64,000 nt of DNA from Candidatus Latescibacterota bacterium (GCA_965219455.1 OZ244744.1:2464001-2528000); one strand, 5' to 3'; positions 9,305 through 19,764 are shown, counted from the stretch's first letter. A program made the numbers and translations. Notes: generated from the sequence alone by a model not told the origin.

Positions 9305-9439
9305 ATCGTCTCTCCTTCCAATTGTCCGGGAAACCACCGGCCCGGACGGGATCCATTCCTTCAGGTACAACTTTCCGCCTGAAGCCACCCGGCGGACAAG
9401 TGCTGCATGGAACTGCGTTCCGGGCGGACACTGGCATCT

Positions 9440-9686
9440 ACTCTCACTTCAACTTTCTTTTTCTCTTCGTCCTTTTTCTTATTCGCAAGAAAAAGGACCA
9501 AAAAGAACCGCGCCGTTCGGCACCTGTCTGCGTACGGACACGCACAGGCAGGCGGGGCCGGTTTTTCCGCGAATCGCCTGACCGGTGAATACAGGCGCCT
9601 GTGCCCTACGTGCGAAAAAGGATACACCAAGCCGCGGTGCCGGACGGATAAACACGGAAAAACCCCCCACACCACAACCGTACGCA
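9440..9686 (+). repeat. Structured dispersed element, copy 3 (core 9469-9668) with inserted palindrome 9523-9552
   Basis: Hairpin GTCCTTTTTCTT-ATTCGC-AAGAAAAAGGAC then CAAAAAG; stem GGTTTTTCCG/CGGAAAAACC; anchors CGCGAAT, TGCCCTAC, ACGGA. Confidence 0.75.
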
Positions 9687-10106
9687 TTTGGGGCAAAATG
9701 CGCGATTGGGCGAGAAGACCCCTCTCTCCCACCGGCCGGGATAAAGGTAATCATGCGGGGCCGCAAGGCGGGCGGTTCGCGAACCGCCCCTACAAAAACC
9801 CGAATCCGTGATATTGATATCGCCGGGCCGTATGGATGACCGGCGTCCGTCGACCGCTGTTCGCCACCGGACGCACGGTATTTGCAGGGGCGAACCATGG
9901 GTCGCCCAAAAATTGGCGCTGACAGCGGCAAATCCCATCGCCAGGCCAGATCGCTATCTCCAGGACAGAACCCAAGAAAAGGCTTCAAATTCGAGACAAT
10001 TCCGGTTATTTTCTACGACCGTCGGGCCGGCGTCCCGAGGATCTCCAAAACCACCCACTCGAATTCACCCTTTTCCTACTGAACTTATCAGGAGCCTTGG
10101 CAAACC

Positions 10107-11183
10107 ATGCGCAAAACCCTGAAACTCGCGGTTGTCGGCGTGGGCCGCATCGGCGTCTTCCACGCCAGGCACGTCCAGGAACTGGGTGCAGAGGAAGGAA
10201 GGTGCGAACTGGCCGCCGTCGTGGATCGCCACGGCAGCACCGCGAAGGACGTTGCCCGGGCGCTTCAGAAAAATCAGGCGTCCGAAATCCGTGCCTTCAA
10301 GAGCACGTCCGACCTGGCGGACGCCCGTCTGGTCGACGCGGCCGTGGTGGCCTCCAGGACCGGAGACCACGAAGCCGATGCCCGGACGCTGATTGACGTC
10401 GGCTATCGCGTCATGCTGGAGAAACCCCTCACCCATTCGGTCGAGAGCGCTGCCCACTTCGTCAGATACCTGTCGCAAGATAATACGAAAAAGCACGCCC
10501 TCATGCAGGCCTTTATGAGACGCTTCGACGGCCCCCTGATCCATGCCAAAACGCTGCTGGACCGGAATACCATCGGCGCCCCGTTCAAAGTCGTGTCCGT
10601 CCTGGAGGACCCGCACCCTCCCCCGGTGGGCTACAGCAGCCCCGGCATCCTGCCGGACATGGCCGTGCACAACATCGATGAAGCGATCTGGCTTCTGGGC
10701 GCGAGGCCGGAACGGGCCAGCGCCATGGGCGCGAACCTGCACAATTTCAGAATAACGACCGTAGAAGAAGACTTCGACGACGCGTTCCTTCAGATGGCGT
10801 TTTCCGATAACGTGATCGCACAGGTGCAGGTGAGCAGAAACCACGTGGCCGGGTATCGCAACGAAACGTGGATCTACGGCCGGGACGGCCACGTCCACGT
10901 GGGCCACTTTCACGAAGATCCGCTGCGGGTGACAGTGGAAGCGTACAGGCGGGAGGGCGCCATTGGAAAGCAGGTCTTCCAAATGAGGGATTACGGCGGG
11001 GAAGTCCCCGTATTCATCGAACGCTTCGGTCCGGCCTATAAGCGGGAACTGGCGTATTTTGTCGACCGGTGCCTGAAAAACGAACCCTTCAGCGTCACCC
11101 AGGAGGACGGTCTCAATGCGATGCGTGTGGCCGAGGCAGGGGTCCGTTCACTACACGCAACCTCGCGGGCGGTAACCGTATGA
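10107..11183 (+). CDS. Gfo/Idh/MocA oxidoreductase (inositol 2-dehydrogenase-like)
   Basis: VVGVGRIG Rossmann motif, EKP, FMRRFD, DMAVHNID. Confidence 0.92.
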   Translation: MRKTLKLAVVGVGRIGVFHARHVQELGAEEGRCELAAVVDRHGSTAKDVARALQKNQASEIRAFKSTSDLADARLVDAAVVASRTGDHEADARTLIDVGYRVMLEKPLTHSVESAAHFVRYLSQDNTKKHALMQAFMRRFDGPLIHAKTLLDRNTIGAPFKVVSVLEDPHPPPVGYSSPGILPDMAVHNIDEAIWLLGARPERASAMGANLHNFRITTVEEDFDDAFLQMAFSDNVIAQVQVSRNHVAGYRNETWIYGRDGHVHVGHFHEDPLRVTVEAYRREGAIGKQVFQMRDYGGEVPVFIERFGPAYKRELAYFVDRCLKNEPFSVTQEDGLNAMRVAEAGVRSLHATSRAVTV

Positions 11184-11273
11184 ACGCACGGCAGAGACGC
11201 CGATACCCTGAGCCGAAGCCTTTGCGGGGCCGTACAGGTCCCGCATTAAACCCCACCAGCGCCACACCACCCC

Positions 11274-12332
11274 TCACGACGTGGGGAAATCGACCCGGCA
11301 ATTCCCGCCGTGGTGCGACTTCAGGATCCCCATCATAATCTCCACCGTCTTGCGCGCCTCGCGTGCAGGCGAGACCAGGTCGCCGCCCTCCTCCAGAATC
11401 CGGATCAGTTCCGCCACGGCCGCGGTTTGATTTTCCATCGCGTATTTCCCGGATAGAATGGGCGACGTCGTCGACTCGAAATGCGACCTGCCCCGGATCA
11501 GGGATGCGCCCTGGTCGGAAATCTCGATGCGCCCATCCTCGCACGTCAGGGCGAATCTTGATCCGGGGAAATTCACTTTATACGCATTGTAAAATGCTCG
11601 AACGCCGTTGTCGAAGCGGATGTATGCCGATGCGTGCGGATCCACGGCCGGATCCTTTCCTCCGTCCCCCTTGTATTCGGTGAAATGCTCGAACCCTTCC
11701 TCCAGTTCGGCCACCAGCCACTGCGGACTGGCCTCGGCATAGAAACAGACCATGTCCAGCAGGTGGGTGCCGTTCCTGAAGAGCATTGCCCGGCGGCTGA
11801 ACTGCTCGCACACAATCGTGCGCAGGGGCCCGATCTCTCCGCTTCGGATGATCTCACGCGCCCTCAGATAACTCGCATTCCAGCGCCTCGTGTGCTCGAT
11901 GGAAAGCAGCGCGCCGTTGGTTTCGGCAGCGGCGATCATCCGGTCTGCGTCTTCCAGCGAGGTGGCGATCGGCTTCTCGCACAAAATGGCGCGCACCCCG
12001 GCTTCGGCGGCGGCAACGGTCATATCGGCGTGAACATGATCGGAAGTCGCCACGCTCACCAGGTCGGGCTTCTCCGCCCGTAGCATCTCCCGGTAATCGG
12101 TATACGGCCGCACTTTGGGCCACACGTCTCCCCATTGCGTCCTGAAATCAGCCAGCGCCTCCTCCCGAAGGTCGCACACACCCACCACTTCGGTTCGCGG
12201 ATGCCGATCGTACGCCCCGGCGTGAGAGCCTGGCATGGGGCCGTACACCGGAAGGCGTTCATCTTCCTCGGGCCGCCTGGCTCCAATGCCGGACAGTCCG
12301 ATAATAACCGCGCGGTATTCTGGTTTTGACAT
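11274..12332 (-). CDS. Gfo/Idh/MocA oxidoreductase
   Basis: IIGLSGIG, LCEKPIA, NGTHLLD; start ATG 12332 after AAGGAGG. Confidence 0.92.
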   Translation of the reverse strand: MSKPEYRAVIIGLSGIGARRPEEDERLPVYGPMPGSHAGAYDRHPRTEVVGVCDLREEALADFRTQWGDVWPKVRPYTDYREMLRAEKPDLVSVATSDHVHADMTVAAAEAGVRAILCEKPIATSLEDADRMIAAAETNGALLSIEHTRRWNASYLRAREIIRSGEIGPLRTIVCEQFSRRAMLFRNGTHLLDMVCFYAEASPQWLVAELEEGFEHFTEYKGDGGKDPAVDPHASAYIRFDNGVRAFYNAYKVNFPGSRFALTCEDGRIEISDQGASLIRGRSHFESTTSPILSGKYAMENQTAAVAELIRILEEGGDLVSPAREARKTVEIMMGILKSHHGGNCRVDFPTS

Positions 12333-12556
12333 GGTCGGGCCCTCCTTACCCCTTCCCTCCCGGGGAATGGAAAAATGGTTTAGCCGCAAACAGGATCTCA
12401 ATATTCTATTTTTCTATCCACCACATCGTACCGGGCGGCCGACACCAGGGCGACCCCAAGGGTCGCCCCTGCAAATGGTAACGCTTCGGCACGCCGTTTC
12501 TACAAGATCTACACAAACACGACAGGCAATGACCACGTTTCGGGGCTGGCGACCCC

Positions 12557-13723
12557 TCAATCAACCGTAGTTTTCTCCAGTTTCTCCAGCGCTTCGCGCG
12601 CGCCCTTGTGCTTTTTGTCCAATTTCAGAACGGTTCCGAATGCGCTGCGCGCGAGGTCCCTTTCCCCCCGGCGTGCATGGATACGGCCGAGTCTGTAATG
12701 GCCCCATACCCTTGGCCAGCGCCATTTCTCCGGCAACTGGCGGAGGAGGGCCGTCAGCGATTCCAGGCCCAGATCCATCTTCATCCCGGTGAGGGCGGAG
12801 AACCTGCCGATTCCATAAAGGGCATCGAGCCGGTTCCGTTGGGCATCCAGCGCGTTCTCGAAGGATCGAACGGTCGGACTTGAATCGGCAGCCAGCGCTG
12901 CAATAGAATCCCTCGCGACTTCCAGGCTCCTCCGGGCGGCCTCGAACGCCTTTTCATTGTCCTTCTCCAGGCGATACAGGTTGCTCAATCGGTACAGGAT
13001 CGGGCCATGGTCGGAGTAGGACTGCAGATGCGTCTCGTAGACCCGGATCGCGTCAAGTCGCCGTTCGGCGCGTACGTAGAGCGCCGCCAGGGAAATAACC
13101 GGGCGGACGTCGCCATTCCCGGACTCGATGGCCGCGAGATAGGCGCTTTCCCTTTTGGCCTGCGCCTTTTCCTTTACATGGATAAGGGCCCACGCCAGGT
13201 GGCCTTCCGTCAAATCCCTGGACTTGATCTCGCCGGCCTGTTCAAGCGCTTTCTCCCTGCTGCCTCCCACAATCCCCGGCGCGCGAAGGTGATACTCCAC
13301 CAGCGCGGTCCGCGCGGCCAGGTGATCAGGATCCAACCGGACCGCTTTCTCAAACGCCTTGAGCGCGCCCCGGGCGTGTCCGGGTTTCCTGAAAATATTA
13401 GCTTCCTGCGCCTTCGCGCCATACATCTGTCCCAGCCGGTATTGGTAATCCGCCGATGCGGAATCGGCCTCAACGGCCTTCTCCAACCAATCGAATGCCG
13501 CCCCGGCGTCACCCTCCCAGGCATTGACGCGGCCCAGCAGATAACAAATTTGCCCCCGGTCGGCCCCGGGCTGCCCGAGCCGTGTCCTCAGACCGTCATC
13601 GGCGTCGTCATATCGACCGTCAATGAATGCCGCCAGCGCCTGATTGATCCCTGGCGTCGCCGCCGCGGCGGTCGTTGTTGCGAACAGCATGATGATGCCA
13701 ACCACGAACCCCTGTCTGATCAT
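12557..13723 (-). CDS. Secreted tetratricopeptide-repeat protein
   Basis: Signal-peptide-like N-terminus and several TPR-like helices (YLLGRV, YRLGQMY, YRLGRIH). Confidence 0.8.
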   Translation of the reverse strand: MIRQGFVVGIIMLFATTTAAAATPGINQALAAFIDGRYDDADDGLRTRLGQPGADRGQICYLLGRVNAWEGDAGAAFDWLEKAVEADSASADYQYRLGQMYGAKAQEANIFRKPGHARGALKAFEKAVRLDPDHLAARTALVEYHLRAPGIVGGSREKALEQAGEIKSRDLTEGHLAWALIHVKEKAQAKRESAYLAAIESGNGDVRPVISLAALYVRAERRLDAIRVYETHLQSYSDHGPILYRLSNLYRLEKDNEKAFEAARRSLEVARDSIAALAADSSPTVRSFENALDAQRNRLDALYGIGRFSALTGMKMDLGLESLTALLRQLPEKWRWPRVWGHYRLGRIHARRGERDLARSAFGTVLKLDKKHKGAREALEKLEKTTVD

Positions 13724-13781
13724 TCCTGCTTCCCTTATTTACATGGATAAAGGAACATTTCCTTACGCTCTGTTCCGTGTG

Positions 13782-15479
13782 TTACGCCTGTTGCCACAAC
13801 CCATGAAAATCGGCATATAACGCGTGTCGGTGCAACAGTTCTTCATGGCTGCCGACGTCGATACCGGCGCCGTCCATCACCAGCACCCTCCGCGCGCGCC
13901 GGGTGGCCGCCATGCGGTGTGCGACCACGATCAGCGTGCAGCCGAGCGCCATGAATGCCCGCTCGGCGCGTTCCTCGGCGACCGGATCCAGGTGACACGT
14001 GGCCTCGTCCAGTACGACAATGGGCGCCGCCGCCAGGTGCGCCCGTGCCAGGGTCACCAGTTGCCGCTCCCCTTCAGACAGGCCGGACTTTGCAAGGTTG
14101 ACCTCCGCGTCCAGGCCGCCGAGCCTGTGAATCACCCGTTCGAGCCCGACTGCCTCCGCGGACACCGCAATCTCTTCCTCGGCCGCGGAGGGCCGCAGGT
14201 AGGAAAGGTTCTCGCGTAGCGAACCCGCGAAGACATACGATTCCTGGGGGACCATCGTTACGAGCCGGGGGCGGTCCGGTCGCAGAAAGAAGGGCCTCCC
14301 GTCGACCGTGATCGCGCCGCTGTCCGGGCACAGTACCCCCGCCAGCAAGGCGCCCAGCGTAGACTTTCCGATCCCGCTCGGCCCCGCGATGGCCAGGTGA
14401 TCGCCGTTTGGGACGTCCAGGGAGAATCCGTGGACGATCGGCTCACCCGCGCCGTATGCAAACGTCAGATCCCGCACCGCCAATAACGGTTGTCCCGCCG
14501 GAGACGGCGCCCGCGCCTCGAGGCTTATCACCCGGCCCCCACCATCCCCTATTGACGCCAGCAGGCGCGCGTGGTGTACGCGCAATGTGACCACCCTGTA
14601 CAGCCCGTACGTCACGAACGCCGTCGCCGCCGTCAGGCCCGCAAGCAGGTAGGTGAATGACCCCACCACCTCACCCACGCTCAGAAGATCGCTGCGAACC
14701 AGGTACGGTACAAAGCCGAGAGCCGTCAGAGCGGGGAACGTGGTGGCGGTTGCGTTCACGACCCCGAATCCGACCGCCTGATGGTCGCCCTGGCGGAGCG
14801 ACGCCCGGATGGACCGCTGAATCCGATCTAAAACGCGTCCCATGGCGAAGCCCTTGGCGCCTGCCGCCACCAGATCCCGCACCGATTGGAGCGCGCGGGT
14901 CATCTCGCCATGGGACGCCTCCTCTGCGAGCATGGACGCGGTCTCGTCGCGGACCTTGAGGCGGACGACGACGACCTGCAGGAAAACGGCGAGAACGAGC
15001 CAGGGGAGTACGAGGACCAGCAGCGTCCAGGACAACGTCGCCAGTCCGACCGCGGAGCCGATGGCGAACAGGCCGGACGGGCCAAGGCGAAAGAGGTGCG
15101 CCAGCACATCGACGAGCGTGGGCACGTGGTGGGTGAGTTCGGCGCCGGAACGCAGGACCCGGTCGGTACGTACCGCATCCCCCAATGCGTGGCGAACGAC
15201 GTCACGGGTCAGGTCGGCCTGCACCCTCGCCGTCAGCATTGCTGTCCCTTGCGACAGGCGCAGCAGCGACCAGACGCCTACGGCGCCCGCGACCAGAAGC
15301 GCGCCGATCCATGCCAGGGCCGCCGTGAGGTCGCCTTCGCGCGCCGCGTCTATGGCGCTGGCGATGAGACGCCCGGAGAGCGCGGGCGCGAGCGTCACAC
15401 CGAGGCTCCACCCGGCGATGCGTAGCAGGCACCCGCGGTGCCGCCTCACGTAAGTAAAGAGGGACTGGATGGGCATCAT
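13782..15479 (-). CDS. ABC exporter (permease + ATPase), RamB/AmfA-like
   Basis: GPSGIGKST, LSEGERQLVTLARA, LDEATCHLDPVAEERAERAF; ATGA overlap with upstream gene. Confidence 0.9.
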   Translation of the reverse strand: MMPIQSLFTYVRRHRGCLLRIAGWSLGVTLAPALSGRLIASAIDAAREGDLTAALAWIGALLVAGAVGVWSLLRLSQGTAMLTARVQADLTRDVVRHALGDAVRTDRVLRSGAELTHHVPTLVDVLAHLFRLGPSGLFAIGSAVGLATLSWTLLVLVLPWLVLAVFLQVVVVRLKVRDETASMLAEEASHGEMTRALQSVRDLVAAGAKGFAMGRVLDRIQRSIRASLRQGDHQAVGFGVVNATATTFPALTALGFVPYLVRSDLLSVGEVVGSFTYLLAGLTAATAFVTYGLYRVVTLRVHHARLLASIGDGGGRVISLEARAPSPAGQPLLAVRDLTFAYGAGEPIVHGFSLDVPNGDHLAIAGPSGIGKSTLGALLAGVLCPDSGAITVDGRPFFLRPDRPRLVTMVPQESYVFAGSLRENLSYLRPSAAEEEIAVSAEAVGLERVIHRLGGLDAEVNLAKSGLSEGERQLVTLARAHLAAAPIVVLDEATCHLDPVAEERAERAFMALGCTLIVVAHRMAATRRARRVLVMDGAGIDVGSHEELLHRHALYADFHGLWQQA

Positions 15480-17266
15480 GAGGCTGACTCCTGAGCGGGG
15501 TCGCCCAGGAACGCGGCGCGGTAATCGGGGTCTCGCCATAGCTCGACATGCGGCGCCAGGCGCCGGACCTCACCCTTGAAAAGCCATGCCACGAGATCGG
15601 CTGCCGCGGCGGTACTCGCCCGGTGGGCGATAATCACTGTCGTCCGGGACCTCCCGAGTTCCCGCAGCGCCGCCATTACGCGCGCCTCGGTCGCCACGTC
15701 GAGGCTGCTGAGCGCATCGTCCAGAATCAGCACAGGCGTAGCCATGAGCGCTGCCCGCGCAAGTCCGAGCCGCTGGCGTTCGCCGCCGGACATCGGCGCT
15801 TCGTCGAGTGGCGTGGCGTATCCGAGCGGGAGGCGGCGGATGAACACGTCCGCCTCGACCCGCTCCGCGGCCGCCTGCACGGCTTCGTCGGTGGCGTCAG
15901 CGCCCAGCGCGATGACGTCACGAACGGTGTCGCCGATAAGCGCAGGCCGCTCGAATGCGTAGCCGACCCGGCGCGAGAGCACGCCGCGGGGCAGGTCCGT
16001 AACGGCCGTGCCGTCGATGCGCACGACACCCCGGTCCGGATCCTGGAGCCGGCCGATCAGCCCGGCGAGCGTGGTTTTACCGACGCCGGACTTGCCGACC
16101 AGTGCAACCGTCTTTCCAGCGGGAATGCGAAGATCCACGCGCCGGAGGATTTCCCTTTTGGAATCGCCCACGGATACGCCGTCGAACCGGACCTCGCCGG
16201 GCCCCTCCGCCTGGTCGGATGCGTCCGATCCGGGTTCCGGCACGGCGGCCGGAGATCGAAGAACGGCGATTACCCGGGCTGCGTGGGCGCGAAAGTAGGC
16301 GATCTGGAACCAGCCGTTGTCGAATACCCCGGCGACGCTTGCGTAAGTCATCTGCGCGTAGCGGATGGCAGCCATCAGCGCGCCAACAGTCAGACCGCCC
16401 GCGGCCAGCAGACACACGCCGGTGACAGCGGTCACTGTCAATACAACGTGATTGGCGCTGGTCACCGTTACGGCGCCGCGGCCGGCGTTTTCCATGATCT
16501 GGCGCGTTTTGTCGACCAGTTTCGGCAGCGGTTCCGTTATGCGCTCGACTTCCCGTTCGAGGGTGCCGGACGCGCGTATGGTGCGCCTTCCGGCAAGGGC
16601 GCCCGTGTACGCGTTCACCATGCGGCTGCTCAATTCGTCGTATCCGGTCTGTCCGGTGGTAAGCGCGCCCATCAGTCGACGCATGAGAACGGTGACGGAC
16701 CCGACACCCGCAAGCGCCACCACCACAAACACCCAGTGCACGTAATACAACGCGACGAGGCTGCCCGCCGCCGTCAAGATTCCCGTGCCGATCCTCAGCA
16801 GGGTCTCCGGGTAACGCGGCAGGTGCGTTGCCTCGGAGCGAATCCGGTTCTGCAGGTCTCCGTCGTCGAATGGCCGCCGGCCGGGCAGGCCGAGGTCCAG
16901 CGCATGATCGACGATTCCGCGCATCAGCCGGCCGTCGATGGCGGCGCGGAACCGGGCCCTTACGGGCTCCGCGGCCATGTCGATCAACACCGCCAGGACC
17001 ATCGCCACGGCCAGTCCCCGGAACCCCCAGCCAATTCGCCCGTCGACAGCCTCGTCAATGGCAAGGCCGGCCAGCGCCGGCGCGGCCAGACCCGCACCGA
17101 TCGACAGCATGCTGAGCAGGGCGTCCAGGGCGAACCAGTGCCATGCCCCGCGGGCGTAGGGCCGCAGGAACGCCATCACTTCCCGGATTCCGGGTAACGG
17201 CGGATCGGCGGTATTGCGATCTTCCGGATGTGACTCCCGGCCCGTAGCAGGATTCTCCTCAGCCAC
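15476..17266 (-). CDS. ABC exporter (permease + ATPase), RamA/AmfB-like
   Basis: GKSGVGKTT, VGYAFERPALIG, MSGGERQRLGLARA, LDDALSSLD, AHRASTAAAADLVAWL; GTG start chosen for RBS spacing (ORF runs to 17287). Confidence 0.9.
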   Translation of the reverse strand: MAEENPATGRESHPEDRNTADPPLPGIREVMAFLRPYARGAWHWFALDALLSMLSIGAGLAAPALAGLAIDEAVDGRIGWGFRGLAVAMVLAVLIDMAAEPVRARFRAAIDGRLMRGIVDHALDLGLPGRRPFDDGDLQNRIRSEATHLPRYPETLLRIGTGILTAAGSLVALYYVHWVFVVVALAGVGSVTVLMRRLMGALTTGQTGYDELSSRMVNAYTGALAGRRTIRASGTLEREVERITEPLPKLVDKTRQIMENAGRGAVTVTSANHVVLTVTAVTGVCLLAAGGLTVGALMAAIRYAQMTYASVAGVFDNGWFQIAYFRAHAARVIAVLRSPAAVPEPGSDASDQAEGPGEVRFDGVSVGDSKREILRRVDLRIPAGKTVALVGKSGVGKTTLAGLIGRLQDPDRGVVRIDGTAVTDLPRGVLSRRVGYAFERPALIGDTVRDVIALGADATDEAVQAAAERVEADVFIRRLPLGYATPLDEAPMSGGERQRLGLARAALMATPVLILDDALSSLDVATEARVMAALRELGRSRTTVIIAHRASTAAAADLVAWLFKGEVRRLAPHVELWRDPDYRAAFLGDPAQESAS

Positions 17267-17338
17267 AACAGTACCACCTTCTCTCAAGAAGCAAAATCAC
17301 CGGCATATTGCGGGACAGCGCCGCTCGGCGGGGGGCCG

Positions 17339-17581
17339 GACCTACCCCCTAACCCCCTTCCTGAAGGAAGGGGGAACGGTGATGGGTCGATGTACCGGGC
17401 TTGCGAACGCGCCGGGATGGCGTTTTCCTACGAATCAGAGCGTATACAAAACACCGGTAAGGCAACGCTCAGCTTACCTCCCCCTTTCCTTTAGGAGAGG
17501 GGGCCGGGGGGAGAGGTATTTCGTTTTTAGCTTACGGCTGAAAGCTGATAGCTCTGTCCGAGGAGGCCGGGGGGAGAGGTC
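17339..17581 (-). repeat. Composite intergenic repeat (copy B)
   Basis: CCTACCCCCTAACCCCCTTCCTGAAGGAAGGGGGAAC ... CTCCCCCTTTCCTTTAGGAGAGGGGGCCGGGGGGAGAGGT plus heptamers; reverse complement of 424-623. Confidence 0.85.
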
Positions 17582-17589
17582 GCTGTCCC

Positions 17590-18753
17590 TCAATACAGAT
17601 GAATAGACCCATCGGGTCCGACGTAGCGGCGCGGGGGCAGGGCCCGAAACGGCCGGGACCTCACCATCTCCATATCCAGTTCAACCCCCAGCCCGGGCCG
17701 CCGGCCCAGTTCTTCGACGTCCACGTAACCGCCCGAAATCGGCACCCGCAGCGCCTGCACGTCGTCGAACCACGGCCGCAGCCTGCAGTGCTCCAGGATC
17801 TCGAAATTCTGCATCGCGGCCGCCGCGTGAGCGGCAGCAGCCAGCGCCACGGGCCCGTACGGGTTGTGCGGCGCGATCCCGATCCCGTACACCTCCGCAA
17901 AATGAGCGATTTTCATCAGTTCGCTGATCCCGCCCGCGTGGCAGATATCCACCTGGCACACGTCCACCGCCTGTTTTTCGAACCACTCCCTGCAATCCCA
18001 TCGTGTGATCCACCGCTCACCCGCGGCAACCCGAACCCCCGGAAAGTCCCCCTTCAATCTCACGTACGGCGCCACCATGCTCTGCTCGATCGGCTCTTCC
18101 ACGAAGAACAGGTCCAGCGGCTGCAGTTCCCGCACGAGCCGATGCGCCGCCGGAGGCGAGAACACGCCGCCGCAGTCGATCATCAGCGCGACGTCCGGCC
18201 CCAGCGCCTCGCGCAACCGGGTCATCTCTTCAACCGCGACGTCCACCTGGGCGTCCACGTCGAACGGCCTGACCGCCGGGCCGTGTCCGTGCTTGAACGC
18301 ATCGAACCCCTCCTCCAGGGCCTGCGATGCGTGCGCCGCCAGCGAATCCAGCCCCAGGTCCGCACGTGCGTAACACCGCACCTTGCTGCGAACCTTACCG
18401 CCCAGCAGCTTGAACACGGGCTGTCCCGATGCCTTTCCCACGATGTCCCACAGCGCCATGTCGATCCCGCTGACCGCGCTGGTATGTACCACGCCCCGCT
18501 TCCACCAGAAGTCCCGGTACCCCAGTTGCCAGACCTGCTCCACGTCTCTTGGATCCATTCCCAGCAGTCTGGGTTTCAGCGCCGTTTCCACCTGCGCCGC
18601 AACCGCCATTTCGTGGTGCTCCGTGGTGGCCTCGCCGATCCCCGTGACGCCGGCGTCCGTTTCCACCTCCACGAATATCCAGTTCCGCCTGGGTGTCTCC
18701 CCGTCCGCCGCGGGGACGTTCATCACGTACGCCCTGATTTCCGTGATCTTCAT
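17590..18753 (-). CDS. Mandelate racemase family enzyme, galactonate dehydratase-like
   Basis: SGIDMALWDIVGK, FFVEEP, AAGER, HAGGISE, APHNPYGP. Confidence 0.9.
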   Translation of the reverse strand: MKITEIRAYVMNVPAADGETPRRNWIFVEVETDAGVTGIGEATTEHHEMAVAAQVETALKPRLLGMDPRDVEQVWQLGYRDFWWKRGVVHTSAVSGIDMALWDIVGKASGQPVFKLLGGKVRSKVRCYARADLGLDSLAAHASQALEEGFDAFKHGHGPAVRPFDVDAQVDVAVEEMTRLREALGPDVALMIDCGGVFSPPAAHRLVRELQPLDLFFVEEPIEQSMVAPYVRLKGDFPGVRVAAGERWITRWDCREWFEKQAVDVCQVDICHAGGISELMKIAHFAEVYGIGIAPHNPYGPVALAAAAHAAAAMQNFEILEHCRLRPWFDDVQALRVPISGGYVDVEELGRRPGLGVELDMEMVRSRPFRALPPRRYVGPDGSIHLY

Positions 18754-18858
18754 CCCTCAGTCCTCTTTCTCCATGAACGCCCCGTCCCGTTGGATACGGT
18801 CGGATTCGCCCGCCTGGTCCGACCCCTTTTCGCTCGCGCTCGGGAAGGCACCAGGAAT

Positions 18859-19764
18859 TTAAAGACAGCTTCTGAAGAATTCTCTCAGACCTTCCATCTC
18901 CTCGTCGTTTAACGAATAGTAGGGTTTCCGGCGCCATCGCTTCGCTACGCCGAAGATTTCCATCGCCCCGTGGAACCCCGCGTTCCACCCGCCGGTCAGC
19001 TTGCCGATATAGTCGAAAAAGGGCATGTCGTATTCGCGGATGATTTCCCGCGCCGCCTGGACGTCCGCTTTCCGGATCGCGCTCCAGTATCGACGGGCGA
19101 TCTCCGGTTTGAAGGTAATATACGTCGACATATACCCATCACATCCGTACGGCCACATATTGATGTGGTTCACCTTCTGCCCCCCGGCAAACACGGCCAC
19201 CCGTTCGTGCGCGACCAGGCACAGCCGGCGCGCGAAATCCCCGCACATATCGTCCTTGATGGCGACGACATTCTCGAAACTGTCGAGTGTTCTCTCCACC
19301 ACGTCCAATCCGAATTGCGGTCCGCGGGCGGAGAAAGCGCCCGTTACGATCATCACCGGCATCGTCTCCGACACCTCGCCGTAGTGCGCCACGAGCGTCT
19401 CCTCCGTACTCGAAGCCCCCCAGGCCGGCGGAAGCACCATCAGCACGTCGGCTCCCAGTCCTTTTGCGAACGATGCAAACGCAACCGACCGCCGCGTGTC
19501 GTAATACCGATCGGCCGCAACCACCATCCCCCGCCCGGCCGTATGCTCGCACGCGACCCGGGTCACCTCCGCGATTTCCGCCTCGGACATGCAGATATAA
19601 TGGCTGTCGCCCGCCGTCAGCAGCACGGTGCGGCTACCCCCCTCCAGCACGAAATCGATCTGGTGCCGCAACCCGTCGTAATCCACGCTCCCGTCCTCGT
19701 TGAACGGCGTGGCGATGGACGAAATGATCCCTGTCAGATGCGCCCTAACTTCGTCGCGATCCAT
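18859..19764 (-). CDS. DHDPS/N-acetylneuraminate lyase-family aldolase
   Basis: IATPFNEDGSVDYDGL N-terminus, GADVLMVLPP, VVAIKDD Schiff-base lysine. Confidence 0.87.
   Translation of the reverse strand: MDRDEVRAHLTGIISSIATPFNEDGSVDYDGLRHQIDFVLEGGSRTVLLTAGDSHYICMSEAEIAEVTRVACEHTAGRGMVVAADRYYDTRRSVAFASFAKGLGADVLMVLPPAWGASSTEETLVAHYGEVSETMPVMIVTGAFSARGPQFGLDVVERTLDSFENVVAIKDDMCGDFARRLCLVAHERVAVFAGGQKVNHINMWPYGCDGYMSTYITFKPEIARRYWSAIRKADVQAAREIIREYDMPFFDYIGKLTGGWNAGFHGAMEIFGVAKRWRRKPYYSLNDEEMEGLREFFRSCL

Noticed and set aside
15548-17197. Long antisense ORFs (e.g. 15548-17197, 17599-18912, 31762-33735, 36652-38523, 50163-51527)
   Set aside because: Shadow frames opposite well-supported genes in GC-rich DNA; no recognisable motifs.
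17288-17589. Lanthipeptide precursor upstream of the RamAB-like exporters
   Set aside because: The space is occupied by the composite repeat; no short ORF with RBS and Ser/Cys core found.
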